From: Paraphysomonas bandaiensis
Lineage: Eukaryota > Protista > Chrysophyceae
DNA length: 64,000 bases
Direction of reading: 5' to 3'
Assembly: GCA_965644295.1 (NCBI GenBank)
Contig: CBFFRP010000113.1
Coordinates: 1 to 64,000, forward strand
Under the pieces are notes generated by a model, which was not told where the DNA came from, did no database searches, and saw only the letters and a program-made list of their open reading frames with translations. This document shows positions 62,860-64,000 of this stretch, one piece after another. The first letter of the stretch is position 1. Each line of letters starts with the position of its first letter. Position numbers and translations under genes: made by a program.

Positions 62860-63290
62860 ATGTCGGAATAACACGTGTTGGAATAGCACACTTGATTATT
62901 CACAACTTCTTAGATGCCCGTGTAACATTGATACACCATTTTCTCATAGTCTACAGTGACACCATTATCATCAGGTAGGCAATTCTGACCACAACATGCA
63001 GAGAGCGTAGCAACAACATTTTGAGTCATGACACTAACAAGCTCTGCCATCGTTGTCTCGAAAAAGAACAGATGAATATGCGAACATGAATCGATCTAAT
63101 ACTGCTCGTATACCGCTTTCCAGTTGCCTGTTTAGTATTACCGTGCCTTTGGAAAGGAATGATCGAAAAATCTTTTTACTCCACCATAAACATGTACTGA
63201 CGATCACAAGCATTATGGATACCTGTTAGTCCAGAACCCACCTGGCCATAGTTGATCTGAACATCATCAAACCAACCAAGCACGTCATAC
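62860..63290 (-). pseudogene. Possible decayed DDE transposase fragment
   Basis: Translated VGSGLTGIHNACDRQYMF resembles the pogo/Tc1 'T...QPCD...F' motif; multiple stops. Confidence 0.3.
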
Positions 63291-63294
63291 GTAC

Positions 63295-63475
63295 ACCTCA
63301 GACAACGAGAGCGGTACTCCATCCAATAGACCTATACAAGAAGAACAACTTAAGTCCCGGCACGGGACAACTTGATGTCCTCTACCCAATGGTAGACCTC
63401 CCGATTAAACACAACACACGGGATGGTTACGCCATCATGATGGTGCTCGCAGCAATGCACAAGCAGTCCCGACGC
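63295..63475 (+). mobile_element. LINE 3'-end remnant
   Basis: Encodes LPNGRPPD* followed by GGGATGGTT..GGTGCTCGCAGCAATGCACAAGCAGTCCCGA, parallel to LPKGRPPD* and the stem-loop at 30521-30605. Confidence 0.8.
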
Positions 63476-63550
63476 TAGTGAAAGTGGGAGTAATTATGTT
63501 AACCAATCATACAGTAGATATATATAACTTCAAGTTGTGTTTCACTTGTA

Positions 63551-64000
63551 TATTGAAAGTCTTATTATTAGCAATAATAGGCGTTAAAAACCTGCACCAA
63601 CTTAGTAGCTGGATGAATGCTAGACAAAGTAGTTAGACCTCTACCTGTAACTAATCAGTACACACTTTTTTATCCTACTATTTAACGCTACGGAAGGTGC
63701 TTGTGCATCGCCGCAAGCACCAAGGTGCGACCACTTCCGCTCTGAGTTCTTAAGGTGTACATCCCGGATACTTGACTTCAGCATGCAGCCCAATACCCCG
63801 GTTACCCTTCAGGTGGGCCCATTCCCGGATGTCTGTTTATTCGTCATGGCCCAAAGACGTCTACACAAGTGACACTGATTGATGTCCCTTGTACCACACA
63901 AGCATTCGGTTATGAGTGGGAAGAAGAATATCTGCTGACTATGTTTGCGGCTCACGTTAGTTTCCTAGCGAGAATCTCTCCGGTACTTATTCCCCACAAC
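63551..64000 (-). mobile_element. Copy of the SINE-like element (5' ~35 nt lies outside the window)
   Basis: Reverse complement aligns with 23751-24225. Confidence 0.92.

Overview
Eukaryotic nuclear DNA with short GT-AG introns. The gene set (NAD-type IDH with an EF-hand, delta-tubulin, PF20/SPAG16) suggests a flagellated stramenopile/ochrophyte. About 20 host genes, mostly in head-to-head pairs, are interleaved with many mobile elements: a young intact Ty1/Copia element with identical non-canonical LTRs, a second Copia 3' end, two hAT families and several non-LTR retroelements. Main highlights: (1) an unannotated ~890-codon minus-strand LINE ORF (2670->1) with an OTU-like cysteine protease and a SET-like methyltransferase in front of the AP endonuclease; (2) a ~510-bp TSD-flanked non-autonomous retroelement family whose 5' head follows the HDV-like ribozyme helix order and whose 3' end shares a covarying GNRA stem-loop and terminal motif with an RNase H-bearing LINE; (3) two divergent intergenic regions made almost entirely of (TACA)n, plus recurrent TACAGCAGTA and TACGGTA motifs at other gene starts; (4) a hAT-associated local duplication involving an LRR gene. 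All domain calls come from motif recognition by eye; no database search was run.
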